The notes under the pieces were generated by a model that did no database searches, was not told the DNA's origin, and saw only the letters and a list, made by a program, of their open reading frames with translations. DNA of 63,811 nt, the filler included, from Nemertoderma westbladi (lineage: Eukaryota; Animalia; Xenacoelomorpha), in NCBI GenBank assembly GCA_032718475.1. It is 3 parts of 3 records of this genome, joined end to end, with 100 filler letters (N's around TTAATTAATTAA, not from the genome) between each part and the next. Parts side by side here need not be neighbours in the genome. Positions count along the whole stretch, not along the records: positions 22,990 to 54,571 come from JAUCBJ010007540.1; 2 more parts are not named here. One strand, 5' to 3'. Each line of letters begins with the position of its first letter. Within the stretch, counting starts at the first letter, position 1. The translations under genes were made by a program, and so were the position numbers. Positions 33,005 through 46,800 of the stretch are shown here, in pieces.

Positions 33005-33740
33005 ACCAATAGGAAAAAAGTACCTACCAACTATTTGGTTTCTACTTTTTTGTTATTGGTCAGTTTATTATAGCCAATAGAAAAAATATTTTCCTATTGG
33101 CTAATGATTATCGTATTATGCCTCATGTACGTACAGTAGGATGGTAAAATAAGAAACTTGTATACAGCTGGCGAACGTGGAGATGGATACGGGGGTCCGG
33201 TGTAAATTTGATCTGACTGCAGGGCTGGAGGACTATATAATATATAATTGTATGGGCAGCAACACCGGTACCGGTAACAAATTCAGATATTGTTATGTTA
33301 GCAAGGTTGCCTAGCACCGACTAGTTGACGTTGTTTTTTTAATTTGATAATTTTTTAACTTGGTGTAAACTATTGTACAATAATATAAATTTGTAATAAA
33401 AAAAATAGAATAGCTCCTTTTATGTAGAGCAGAACAGCGTTATTTAATTATAAAATAAATTATGAAAAAGTTCTAACCTTCTAATTAGCCAATAAGAGAA
33501 AAGTAGATACCAACTACATGGTAAGTAGGTACGCTTTCCTATTGGCTAAATAGATGGTAGGTACTTTTTTCTTATTGGCAAATATCAACCGTCCAATAAC
33601 AAACAATTAGCTACCAACTAGTTGGTAGATGCTTTTTTCCTATTGGCTAAATAGATGGTAGGTACGTTTTTCCTATTGGCTAAGTAGATGATAGGTACTT
33701 TTTCGTGCCACATAAAAAAAGTAGCTACCATCTATTAGTT
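33005..33740. repeat. Degenerate direct and inverted ~32-bp motifs (TTTCCTATTGGCTAAATAGATGGTAGGTAC)
   Basis: Direct copies at about 33536, 33636 and 33668. Inverted copies at about 33005, 33072 and 33487. Confidence 0.6.
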
Positions 33741-34186
33741 GGTAGTAAGTAACATTATGGCGCTATTGGCGTGCCTTACCATATGCGCGCCATGATCCTC
33801 AATACCCACACATGTCAGCATGTTGAGCAAACTCTACATAAATTCCAACCTGGTTCGGTACCGAATTTGCCGAATTTTCTTCAAATTCGCTTCGCTTCCG
33901 GCTCGGCAAAATTTTAAATTCGTTCGATCCATACTATACTTCGTATGTATGACGTGTGCAACAGCTGAGTTCATTAAACAGTAAACTCCCTGGCTGTCAT
34001 CTAATTAATACAATAAACAATGTTTCATTTCACAAATACAAACATCGTACAATTGATAATATCTACTAGTCCTACCCTACAGTGTATCTAATGGAACGCA
34101 AAGTGCCATTAGATACATATGAGTACTGGGCCGGATTAAGCTATATCGGGGCCCGGGGTTAATATAAATTTGGGGCCCCCTTAAAT

Positions 34187-34219
<33 letters not shown>

Positions 34220-34878
34220 GTGGGGGTGTTCGCAAATAATGATCATAAATTTTAGAATTGTTTTTTATTGCATCTAGAGCAGAATTTAATGAGGATTTCA
34301 AATCTAAAAACGGCTTAGAGTGGTAACTTTTAGTCCTCGAATTATCGTGGAATATCTGTCTGGCAATCTGAATGTCAAAATGTCAAAACGTCAAAACAGA
34401 CAGACACACAACCGACCGACGGACAGACTAGATTCCATCAAATATTAAAACTGCCTTCAGAAAAGAAATCAGCGACCCCGGAAACCGCCGTGAATCTTGT
34501 TCGGTGGTGTGCTTCCTTCATGTCAGACTCTATTAATCAACCAGACCCCATACAGGTAATTTTGCGCGGGAAGGTTTGAACGTCAGGCAATTATCTCTGA
34601 ATGACATTTTTCACGCGAAAAACATTACTCCTCCGCCATTTCTTAATCGTTTTTTGCAATTTTGGATTTTTATGAAAGGTAATTTCATAAGCATTAAATA
34701 AATTTCGGCCAGTTTTCTGGATTTTATTAACGAAATTGAAATAAAACTATTGTATTCATTAATATAATAAATAAAATCCAACAGTTCTGAGTTCCATCCC
34801 ACATTAGTTGATAAAGATAATTTGCTTTGCTTGCAGAGACCTAACCGAAAGAGCCATTACAAATAACACGCAGCCCAT

Positions 34879-37800
34879 GGGGATCTCCTGCGACAAGGAG
34901 ATCGCCTGCGACAAGAGGATATCCTGCGACAAGGGGTCCTCCTGCGACAAGTAGATCTACGGCGACAAGGGATCTCCTGCGATTTCTGCTTCAGGGGAAT
35001 CTCCTACGACAAGGGGATATCCTTGCGACATGGGGATCTCCTGCGACAAGGGGGTCTCCTGCAAAAAAGGGGATATCCCGTGACAAGGGGATCTCTTGCG
35101 ACACGGAATCTCCTGCGACAATGAGATCTCCTGCGACACGGAATCTCCTGCGACAATGAGATCTCCTGCAACAAGGAGATCTCCTCTGACAAGGAGATCT
35201 CCTGCGACAAGAGATCTCCTGCGACAAGGGATCTCCTGCGACAAGGAGATCTCCTGCAACAAGGAGATCTCCTGCGACAAGGAGATCTACTGCGACAAGG
35301 GATCTCTTGCGACAAGGAGATATCCTGCAACAAGGAGATCTACTGCGACAAGGGATCTCCTGCAACAAGGTGCAACAAGGATCTCATGCAGCAAGATGAT
35401 CTCCTGTGACAAGGGGATCTCCGGTGACTTCTGCTCCAAGAGAATATCCTGCGACTAGGGATCTCCTGCAGCAAGAAGATCTACTGCGACAAGGGATCTC
35501 CTGCAACAAGGATCTCATGCAGCAAGAGGATCTGCTGTGACAAGGGGATCTCCTCTGACAAGGAGATCTACTGCGACAAGGGATCTCCTGCGACAAGGAG
35601 ATCTACTGCGACAAGGGGATCTCGTGCAACATGGGGATCTCATGCAACAAGAGATCTCCTGCGACAAGGAGATCTTCTGCAACAAGGGGATCTCCTGCGA
35701 CAAGGAGATCTACTGCAACAAGGGATCACCTGCAACAAGGAGATCTACTGCGAAAAGGGGATCTCCTGCAACAAGAGATCTCCTGCGACAAGGAGATCTT
35801 CTGCAACAAGGGGATCTCCTGCGACAAGGAGATCTACTGCGACAAGGGATCTCCTGCGACAAGGAGATCTCCTGCAAAAAGGAGATCTACTGCGACAAGA
35901 GAATCTCCTGCAACAAGAGATCTCCTGCGACAAGGAGATCTTCTGCAACAAGGGGATCTCATGCAACAAGAGATCTCCTGCGACAAGGAGATCTTCTGCA
36001 ACAAGGGGATCTCCTGCGACAAGGAGATCTTCTGCAACAAGGGGATCTCCTGCAACAAGGAGATCTACTGCGACAAGGGATCTCCTGCGACAATGAGATC
36101 TCCTGCGACAAGAAGATCTACTGCGACAAATGATCTCCTGCGACAAGGGGATATCATGCGACAAGGGGTTCTCCTGCAACAAGGAGATCTACTGCGACAA
36201 GTTATCTCCTGCGACAAGTGATCTCCTGCGACAAGGGGATATAATGCGACAAGGGGTTCTCCTGCGACAAGGGGATATCCTGCGACAATGGGACCTCCTG
36301 CGATAAGGATATCTCCTGCGACAAGGAGATTACTGCGACAAGGGATCTCCTGCAACAAAGATTTCCTGCGACAAGGAGATCTACTGCGACAAGGAGATCT
36401 ACTGCGACAAGGGATCTCTTGCGACAATGAGATATCCTGCAACAAGGAGATCTACTGCGACAAGGGATCTCCTGCAACAAGGAGATCTACTGCGACAAGT
36501 TATCTCCTGCGACAAGTGATCTCCTGCGACAAGGGGATATAATGCGACAATGGGACCCCCTGCGATAAGGATATCTCCTGCGACAAGGAGATTACTGCGA
36601 CAAGGGATCTCCTGCAACAAGGATCTCCTGCGACAAGGAGATCTACTGCGACAAGGAGATCTACTGCGACAAGGGATCTCTTGCGACAAGGAGATATCCT
36701 GCAGCAAGGGGATCTACTGTGACAAGGGAATCTCCTGTGACTTCTGCTCCAAGAGAATATCCTGCGACAAGGGATCTACTGCAACAAGGAGTTCTCCTGC
36801 GACAAGGAGATCTCATGCGACAAGCTATCTCCTGCAACAAGGATCTCAGGCAGCAAGAGGATCTCATTTGACAAGGGGATCTCCTGTGACTTCTGCTCCA
36901 AGAGAATATCTTGCGACTAGGGATCTCCTGCAGCAAGGAGATCTACTGCGACAAGGGATCTCCTGCAACAAGTATCTTATGCAGCAAGAGGATCTCCTGT
37001 GACAAGGAGATCTCCTGTGACAAGGAGATCTCCTGTGACAAGGAGATTTCATGCGACTAGGGATCTCCCTGCAACAAGGAGATCTCCTGCGACAAGGAGA
37101 TCTCCTGCGACAAGAGATCTCCTGCAACAAGGATCTCATGCAGCAAGATGATCTCCTGTGACAAGGGGATCACCTGTGACTTCTGCTCCAAGAGAATATC
37201 CTGCGACTAGGGATCTCCTGCAGCAAGAAGATCTACTGCGACAAGGGATCTCCTGCAACAAGGATCTCATGCAGCAAGAGGATCTGCTGTGACAAGGGGA
37301 TCTCCTCTGACAAGGAGATCTACTGCGACAAGGGATCTCCTGCGACAAGGAGATCTACTGCGACAAGGGGATCTCGTGCAACAAGGGGATCTCATGCAAC
37401 AAGAGATCTCCTGCGACAAGGAGATCTTCTGCAACAAGGGGATCTCCTGCGACAAGGAGATCTACTGCAACAAGGGATCACCTGCAACAAGGAGATCTAC
37501 TGCGACAAGGGGATCTCCTGCAACAAGAGATCTGCGACAAGGAGATCTTCTGCAACAAGGGGATCTCCTGCGACAAGGAGATCTGCTGCGACAAGGGATC
37601 TCCTGCGACAAGGAGATCTCCTGCAAAAAGGAGATCTCCTGCGACAAGGGATCTCCTGCGACAAGGAGATCTCATGCAACAAGAGATCTCCTGCGACAAG
37701 GAGATCTTCTGCAACAAGGGGATCTCCTGCGACAAGGAGATCTACTGCAACAAGGGATCACCTGCAACAAGGAGATCTACTGCGACAAGGGGATCTCCTG

Positions 37801-40800
37801 CAACAAGAGATCTCCTGCGACAAGGAGATCTTCTGCAACAAGGGGATCTCCTGCGACAAGGAGATCTACTGCGACAAGGGATCTCCTGCGACAAGGAGAT
37901 CTCCTGCAAAAAGGAGATCTCCTGCGACAAGGGATCTCCTGCGACAAGGAGATCTCCTGCAAAAAGGAGATCTACTGCGACAAGGGAATCTCCTGCAACA
38001 AGAGATCTACTGCGACAAGGAGATCTTCTGCAACAAGGGGATCTCCTGCAACAAGGAGATCTACTGCGACAAGGGATCTCCTGCGACAAGGAGATCTACT
38101 GCGACAAGTTATCTCCTGCGACAAGTGATCTCCTGCGACAAGGGGATATAATGCGACAAGGGGTTCTCCTGCGACAAGGGGATATCCTGCGACAATGGGA
38201 CCTCCTGCGATAAGGATATCTCCTGCGACAAGGAGATTACTGCGACAAGGGATCTCCTGCAACAAAGATTTCCTGCGACAAGGAGATCTACTGCGACAAG
38301 GAGATCTACTGCGACAAGGGATCTCTTGCGACAATGAGATATCCTGCAACAAGGAGATCTACTGCGACAAGGGATCTCCTGCGACAAGTGATCTCCTGCG
38401 ACAAGGGGATATAATGCGACAATGGGACCCCCTGCGATAAGGATATCTCCTGCGACAAGGAGATTACTGCGACAAGGGATCTCCTGCAACAAGGATCTCC
38501 TGCGACAAGGAGATCTACTGCGACAAGGAGATCTACTGCGACAAGGGATCTCTTGCGACAAGGAGATATCCTGCAGCAAGGGGATCTACTGTGACAAGGG
38601 AATCTCCTGTGACTTCTGCTCCAAGAGAATATCCTGCGACAAGGGATCTACTGCAACAAGGAGTTCTCCTGCGACAAGGAGATCTCATGCGACAAGAGAT
38701 CTCCTGCAACAAGGATCTCATGCAGCAAGATGATCTCCTGTGACAAGGGGATCACCTGTGACTTCTGCTCCAAGAGAATATCCTGCGACTAGGGATCTCC
38801 TGCAGCAAGAAGATCTACTGCGACAAGGGATCTCCTGCAACAAGGATCTCATGCAGCAAGAGGATCTGCTGTGACAAGGGGATCTCCTCTGACAAGGAGA
38901 TCTACTGCGACAAGGGATCTCCTGCGACAAGGAGATCTACTGCGACAAGGGGATCTCGTGCAACAAGGGGATCTCATGCAACAAGAGATCTCCTGCGACA
39001 AGGAGATCTTCTGCAACAAGGGGATCTCCTGCGACAAGGAGATCTACTGCAACAAGGGATCACCTGCAACAAGGAGATCTACTGCGACAAGGGGATCTCC
39101 TGCAACAAGAGATCTGCGACAAGGAGATCTTCTGCAACAAGGGGATCTCCTGCGACAAGGAGATCTGCTGCGACAAGGGATCTCCTGCGACAAGGAGATC
39201 TCCTGCAAAAAGGAGATCTCCTGCGACAAGGGATCTCCTGCGACAAGGAGATCTCATGCAACAAGAGATCTCCTGCGACAAGGAGATCTTCTGCAACAAG
39301 GGGATCTCCTGCGACAAGGAGATCTACTGCAACAAGGGATCACCTGCAACAAGGAGATCTACTGCGACAAGGGGATCTCCTGCAACAAGAGATCTCCTGC
39401 GACAAGGAGATCTTCTGCAACAAGGGGATCTCCTGCGACAAGGAGATCTACTGCGACAAGGGATCTCCTGCGACAAGGAGATCTCCTGCAAAAAGGAGAT
39501 CTCCTGCGACAAGGGATCTCCTGCGACAAGGAGATCTCCTGCAAAAAGGAGATCTACTGCGACAAGGGAATCTCCTGCAACAAGAGATCTACTGCGACAA
39601 GGAGATCTTCTGCAACAAGGGGATCTCCTGCAACAAGGAGATCTACTGCGACAAGGGATCTCCTGCGACAAGGAGATCTCCTGCGACAAGAAGATCTACT
39701 GCGACAAATGATCTCCTGCGACAAGGGGATATCATGCGACAAGGGGTTCTCCTGCGACAAGGAGATCTACTGCGACAAGTTATCTCCTGCGACAAGTGAT
39801 CTCCTGCGACTAGGGGATATAATGCGACAAGGGGTTCTCCTGCGACAAGGGGATATCCTGCGACAGTGGGACCTCCTGCGATAAGGATATCTCCTGCGAC
39901 AAGGAGATTACTGCGACAAGGGATCTCCTGCAACAAGGATCTCCTGCGACAAGGAGATCTACTGCGACAAGGAGATCTACTGCGACAAGGGATCACCTGC
40001 AACAAGGAGATCTACTGCGACAAGGGGATCTCCTGCAACAAGAGATCTCCTGCGACAAGGAGATCTTCTGCAACAAGGGGATCTCCTGCGATAAGGAGAT
40101 CTACTGCGACAAGGGATCTCCTGCGACAACGAGATCTAGTGCGACAAGGGGATCTCCTGCAACAAGAGATCTCCTGCGACAAGGAGATCTCCTGCGACAA
40201 GGAGATCTCCTGCGACAAGGAGATATCCTGCGAGATTACTGCGACAAGGGATCTCCTGCAACAAGGATCTCCTGCGACAAGGATCTCCTGCGACAAGGAT
40301 CTCCTGCGACAAGGGGATCTTCTGCAACAAGTGGATCTACTGCGATAAGGAGATCTACTGCGACAAGGGATCTCCTGCGACAACGAGATCTACTGCAACA
40401 AGGGGATCTCATGCAACAAGAGATCTCCTGCGACAAGGAGATCTTCTGCAACAAGGGGATCTCCTGCGACAAGGAGATCTACTGCAACAAGGGATCACCT
40501 GCAACAAGGAGATCTACTGCGACAAGGGGATCTCCTGCAACAAGAGATCTCCTGCGACAAGGAGATCTTCTGCAACAAGGGGATCTCCTGCGACAAGGAG
40601 ATCTACTGCGACAAGGGATCTCCTGCGACAAGGAGATCTCCTGCGACAAGGAGATCTTCTGCAACAAGGGGATCTCCTGCAACAAGGAGATCTACTGCGA
40701 CAAGGGATCTCCTGCGACAAGGAGATCTCCTGCGACAAGAAGATCTACTGGACAAATGATCTCCTGCGACAAGGGGATATCATGCGACAAGGGGTTATCC

Positions 40801-43800
40801 TGCGACAAGGAGATCTACTGCGACAAGTTATCTCCTGCGACAAATGATCTCCTGCGACAAGGGGATATAATGCGACAAGGGGTTCTCCTGCGACAAGGGG
40901 ATATCCTGCGACAATGGGACCTCCTGCGATAAGGATATCTCCTGCGACAAGGAGATTACTGCGACAAGGGATCTCCTGCAACAAGGATCTCCTGCGACAA
41001 GGAGATCTACTGCGACAAGGAGATCTACTGCGACAAGGGATCTCTTGCGACAAGGAGATATCCTGCAACAAGGAGATCTACTGCGACAAGGGATCTCCTG
41101 CAACAAGGTGCAACAAGGATCTCATGCAGCAAGGGGATCTACTGTGACAAGGGAATCTCCTGTGACTTCTGCTCCAAGAGAATATCCTGCGACAAGGGAT
41201 CTCCTGCAGCAAGGAGATCTACTGCGACAAGGGATCTCCTGCAACAAGTATCTTATGCAGCAAGAGGATCTCCTGTGACAAGGAGATTTCATGCGACTAG
41301 GGATCTCCCTGCAACAAGGAGAGCTCCTGCGACAAGAGATCTCCTGCAACAAGGATCTCATGCAGCAAGATGATCTCCTGTGACAAGGGGATCTCCTGTG
41401 ACTTCTGCTCCAAGAGAATATCCTGCGACTAGGGATCTCCTGCAGCAAGAAGATCTACTGCGACAAGGGATCTCCTGCAACAAGGATCTCATGCAGCAAG
41501 AGGATCTGCTGTGACAAGGGGATCTCCTCTGACAAGGATATCTACTGCGACAAGGGATCTCCTGCGACAAGGAGATCTACTGCGACAAGGGGATCTCGTG
41601 CAACAAGGGGATCTCATGCAACAAGAGATCTCCTGCGAGAAGGAGATCTCATGCGACAAGCTATCTCCTGCAACAAGGATCTCATGCAGCAAGAGGATCT
41701 CATTTGACAAGGGGATCTCCTGTGACTTCTGATCCAAGAGAATATCTTGCGACTAGGGATCCCCTGCAGCAAGGAGATCTACTGCGACAAGGGATCTCCT
41801 GCAACAAGTATCTTATGCAGCAAGGGGATCTCCTGTGACAAGGAGATCTCCTGTGACAAGGAGATTTCATGCGACAAGGGATCTCCCTGCAACAAGGAGA
41901 TCTCCTGCGACAAGGAGATCTCATGCGACAAGCTATCTCCTGCAACAAGGTGCAACAAGGATCTCATGCAGCAAGGGGATCTACTGTGACAAGGGAATCT
42001 CCTGTGACTTCTGCTCCAAGAGAATATCCTGCGACAAGGGATCTCCTGCAGCAAGGAGATCTACTGCGACAAGGGATCTCCTGCAACAAGTATCTTATGC
42101 AGCAAGAGGATCTCCTGTGACAAGGAGATCTACTGCGACAAGGGGATCTCCTGCAACAAGAGATCTGCGACAAGGAGATCTTCTGCAACAAGGGGATCTC
42201 CTGCGACAAGGAGATCTGCTGCGACAAGGGATCTCCTGCGACAAGGAGATCTCCTGCAAAAAGGAGATCTCCTGCGACAAGGGATCTCCTGCGACAAGGA
42301 GATCTCATGCAACAAGAGATCTCCTGCGACAAGGAGATCTTCTGCAACAAGGGGATCTCCTGCGACAAGGAGATCTACTGCAACAAGGGATCACCTGCAA
42401 CAAGGAGATCTACTGCGACAAGGGGATCTCCTGCAACAAGAGATCTCCTGCGACAAGGAGATCTTCTGCAACAAGGGGATCTCCTGCGACAAGGAGATCT
42501 ACTGCGACAAGGGATCTCCTGCGACAAGGAGATCTCCTGCAAAAAGGAGATCTCCTGCGACAAGGGATCTCCTGCGACAAGGAGATCTCCTGCAAAAAGG
42601 AGATCTACTGCGACAAGGGAATCTCCTGCAACAAGAGATCTACTGCGACAAGGAGATCTTCTGCAACAAGGGGATCTCCTGCAACAAGGAGATCTACTGC
42701 GACAAGGGATCTCCTGCGACAAGGAGATCTCCTGCGACAAGAAGATCTACTGCGACAAATGATCTCCTGCGACAAGGGGATATCATGCGACAAGGGGTTC
42801 TCCTGCGACAAGGAGATCTACTGCGACAAGTTATCTCCTGCGACAAGTGATCTCCTGCGACAAGGGGATATAATGCGACAAGGGGTTCTCCTGCGACAAG
42901 GGGATATCCTGCGACAGTGGGACCTCCTGCGATAAGGATATCTCCTGCGACAAGGAGATTACTGCGACAAGGGATCTCCTGCAACAAGGATCTCCTGCGA
43001 CAAGGAGATCTACTGCGACAAGGAGATCTACTGCGACAAGGGATCACCTGCAACAAGGAGATCTACTGCGACAAGGGGATCTCCTGCAACAAGAGATCTC
43101 CTGCGACAAGGAGATCTTCTGCAACAAGGGGATCTCCTGCGATAAGGAGATCTACTGCGACAAGGGATCTCCTGCGACAACGAGATCTAGTGCGACAAGG
43201 GGATCTCCTGCAACAAGAGATCTCCTGCGACAAGGAGATCTCCTGCGACAAGGAGATCTCCTGCGACAAGGAGATATCCTGCGAGATTACTGCGACAAGG
43301 GATCTCCTGCAACAAGGATCTCCTGCGACAAGGATCTCCTGCGACAAGGATCTCCTGCGACAAGGGGATCTTCTGCAACAAGTGGATCTACTGCGATAAG
43401 GAGATCTACTGCGACAAGGGATCTCCTGCGACAACGAGATCTACTGCAACAAGGGGATCTCATGCAACAAGAGATCTCCTGCGACAAGGAGATCTTCTGC
43501 AACAAGGGGATCTCCTGCGACAAGGAGATCTACTGCAACAAGGGATCACCTGCAACAAGGAGATCTACTGCGACAAGGGGATCTCCTGCAACAAGAGATC
43601 TCCTGCGACAAGGAGATCTTCTGCAACAAGGGGATCTCCTGCGACAAGGAGATCTACTGCGACAAGGGATCTCCTGCGACAAGGAGATCTCCTGCGACAA
43701 GGAGATCTTCTGCAACAAGGGGATCTCCTGCAACAAGGAGATCTACTGCGACAAGGGATCTCCTGCGACAAGGAGATCTCCTGCGACAAGAAGATCTACT

Positions 43801-46800
43801 GGACAAATGATCTCCTGCGACAAGGGGATATCATGCGACAAGGGGTTATCCTGCGACAAGGAGATCTACTGCGACAAGTTATCTCCTGCGACAAATGATC
43901 TCCTGCGACAAGGGGATATAATGCGACAAGGGGTTCTCCTGCGACAAGGGGATATCCTGCGACAATGGGACCTCCTGCGATAAGGATATCTCCTGCGACA
44001 AGGAGATTACTGCGACAAGGGATCTCCTGCAACAAGGATCTCCTGCGACAAGGAGATCTACTGCGACAAGGAGATCTACTGCGACAAGGGATCTCTTGCG
44101 ACAAGGAGATATCCTGCAACAAGGAGATCTACTGCGACAAGGGATCTCCTGCAACAAGGTGCAACAAGGATCTCATGCAGCAAGGGGATCTACTGTGACA
44201 AGGGAATCTCCTGTGACTTCTGCTCCAAGAGAATATCCTGCGACAAGGGATCTCCTGCAGCAAGGAGATCTACTGCGACAAGGGATCTCCTGCAACAAGT
44301 ATCTTATGCAGCAAGAGGATCTCCTGTGACAAGGAGATTTCATGCGACTAGGGATCTCCCTGCAACAAGGAGAGCTCCTGCGACAAGAGATCTCCTGCAA
44401 CAAGGATCTCATGCAGCAAGATGATCTCCTGTGACAAGGGGATCTCCTGTGACTTCTGCTCCAAGAGAATATCCTGCGACTAGGGATCTCCTGCAGCAAG
44501 AAGATCTACTGCGACAAGGGATCTCCTGCAACAAGGATCTCATGCAGCAAGAGGATCTGCTGTGACAAGGGGATCTCCTCTGACAAGGATATCTACTGCG
44601 ACAAGGGATCTCCTGCGACAAGGAGATCTACTGCGACAAGGGGATCTCGTGCAACAAGGGGATCTCATGCAACAAGAGATCTCCTGCGAGAAGGAGATCT
44701 CATGCGACAAGCTATCTCCTGCAACAAGGATCTCATGCAGCAAGAGGATCTCATTTGACAAGGGGATCTCCTGTGACTTCTGATCCAAGAGAATATCTTG
44801 CGACTAGGGATCCCCTGCAGCAAGGAGATCTACTGCGACAAGGGATCTCCTGCAACAAGTATCTTATGCAGCAAGGGGATCTCCTGTGACAAGGAGATCT
44901 CCTGTGACAAGGAGATTTCATGCGACAAGGGATCTCCCTGCAACAAGGAGATCTCCTGCGACAAGGAGATCTCATGCGACAAGCTATCTCCTGCAACAAG
45001 GTGCAACAAGGATCTCATGCAGCAAGGGGATCTACTGTGACAAGGGAATCTCCTGTGACTTCTGCTCCAAGAGAATATCCTGCGACAAGGGATCTCCTGC
45101 AGCAAGGAGATCTACTGCGACAAGGGATCTCCTGCAACAAGTATCTTATGCAGCAAGAGGATCTCCTGTGACAAGGAGATCTACTGCGACAAGGGGATCT
45201 CCTGCAACAAGAGATCTGCGACAAGGAGATCTTCTGCAACAAGGGGATCTCCTGCGACAAGGAGATCTGCTGCGACAAGGGATCTCCTGCGACAAGGAGA
45301 TCTCCTGCAAAAAGGAGATCTCCTGCGACAAGGGATCTCCTGCGACAAGGAGATCTCATGCAACAAGAGATCTCCTGCGACAAGGAGATCTTCTGCAACA
45401 AGGGGATCTCCTGCGACAAGGAGATCTACTGCAACAAGGGATCACCTGCAACAAGGAGATCTACTGCGACAAGGGGATCTCCTGCAACAAGAGATCTCCT
45501 GCGACAAGGAGATCTTCTGCAACAAGGGGATCTCCTGCGACAAGGAGATCTACTGCGACAAGGGATCTCCTGCGACAAGGAGATCTCCTGCAAAAAGGAG
45601 ATCTCCTGCGACAAGGGATCTCCTGCGACAAGGAGATCTCCTGCAAAAAGGAGATCTACTGCGACAAGGGAATCTCCTGCAACAAGAGATCTACTGCGAC
45701 AAGGAGATCTTCTGCAACAAGGGGATCTCCTGCAACAAGGAGATCTACTGCGACAAGGGATCTCCTGCGACAAGGAGATCTCCTGCGACAAGAAGATCTA
45801 CTGCGACAAATGATCTCCTGCGACAAGGGGATATCATGCGACAAGGGGTTCTCCTGCGACAAGGAGATCTACTGCGACAAGTTATCTCCTGCGACAAGTG
45901 ATCTCCTGCGACAAGGGGATATAATGCGACAAGGGGTTCTCCTGCGACAAGGGGATATCCTGCGACAGTGGGACCTCCTGCGATAAGGATATCTCCTGCG
46001 ACAAGGAGATTACTGCGACAAGGGATCTCCTGCAACAAGGATCTCCTGCGACAAGGAGATCTACTGCGACAAGGAGATCTACTGCGACAAGGGATCACCT
46101 GCAACAAGGAGATCTACTGCGACAAGGGGATCTCCTGCAACAAGAGATCTCCTGCGACAAGGAGATCTTCTGCAACAAGGGGATCTCCTGCGATAAGGAG
46201 ATCTACTGCGACAAGGGATCTCCTGCGACAACGAGATCTAGTGCGACAAGGGGATCTCCTGCAACAAGAGATCTCCTGCGACAAGGAGATCTCCTGCGAC
46301 AAGGAGATCTCCTGCGACAAGGAGATATCCTGCGAGATTACTGCGACAAGGGATCTCCTGCAACAAGGATCTCCTGCGACAAGGATCTCCTGCGACAAGG
46401 ATCTCCTGCGACAAGGGGATCTTCTGCAACAAGTGGATCTACTGCGATAAGGAGATCTACTGCGACAAGGGATCTCCTGCGACAACGAGATCTACTGCAA
46501 CAAGGGGATCTCATGCAACAAGAGATCTCCTGCGACAAGGAGATCTTCTGCAACAAGGGGATCTCCTGCGACAAGGAGATCTACTGCAACAAGGGATCAC
46601 CTGCAACAAGGAGATCTACTGCGACAAGGGGATCTCCTGCAACAAGAGATCTCCTGCGACAAGGAGATCTTCTGCAACAAGGGGATCTCCTGCGACAAGG
46701 AGATCTACTGCGACAAGGGATATCCTGCGACAAGGAGATCTCCTGCAAAAAGGAGATCTACTGCGACAAGGGGATCTCCTGCAACAAGAGATCTCCTGCG

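Noticed and set aside
27025-33012. Five giant ORFs (763-1365 aa) of THAITYIPTLSLTYPRYHL repeats
   Set aside because: They are translations of a stop-free 20-bp satellite. The same peptide appears in all three frames and there is no unique domain.
34077-34301. Poly-proline ORF
   Set aside because: It arises from a G homopolymer at about 34192-34220. Similar G-runs at about 1914 and 26033 are low-complexity sequence of unreliable length.
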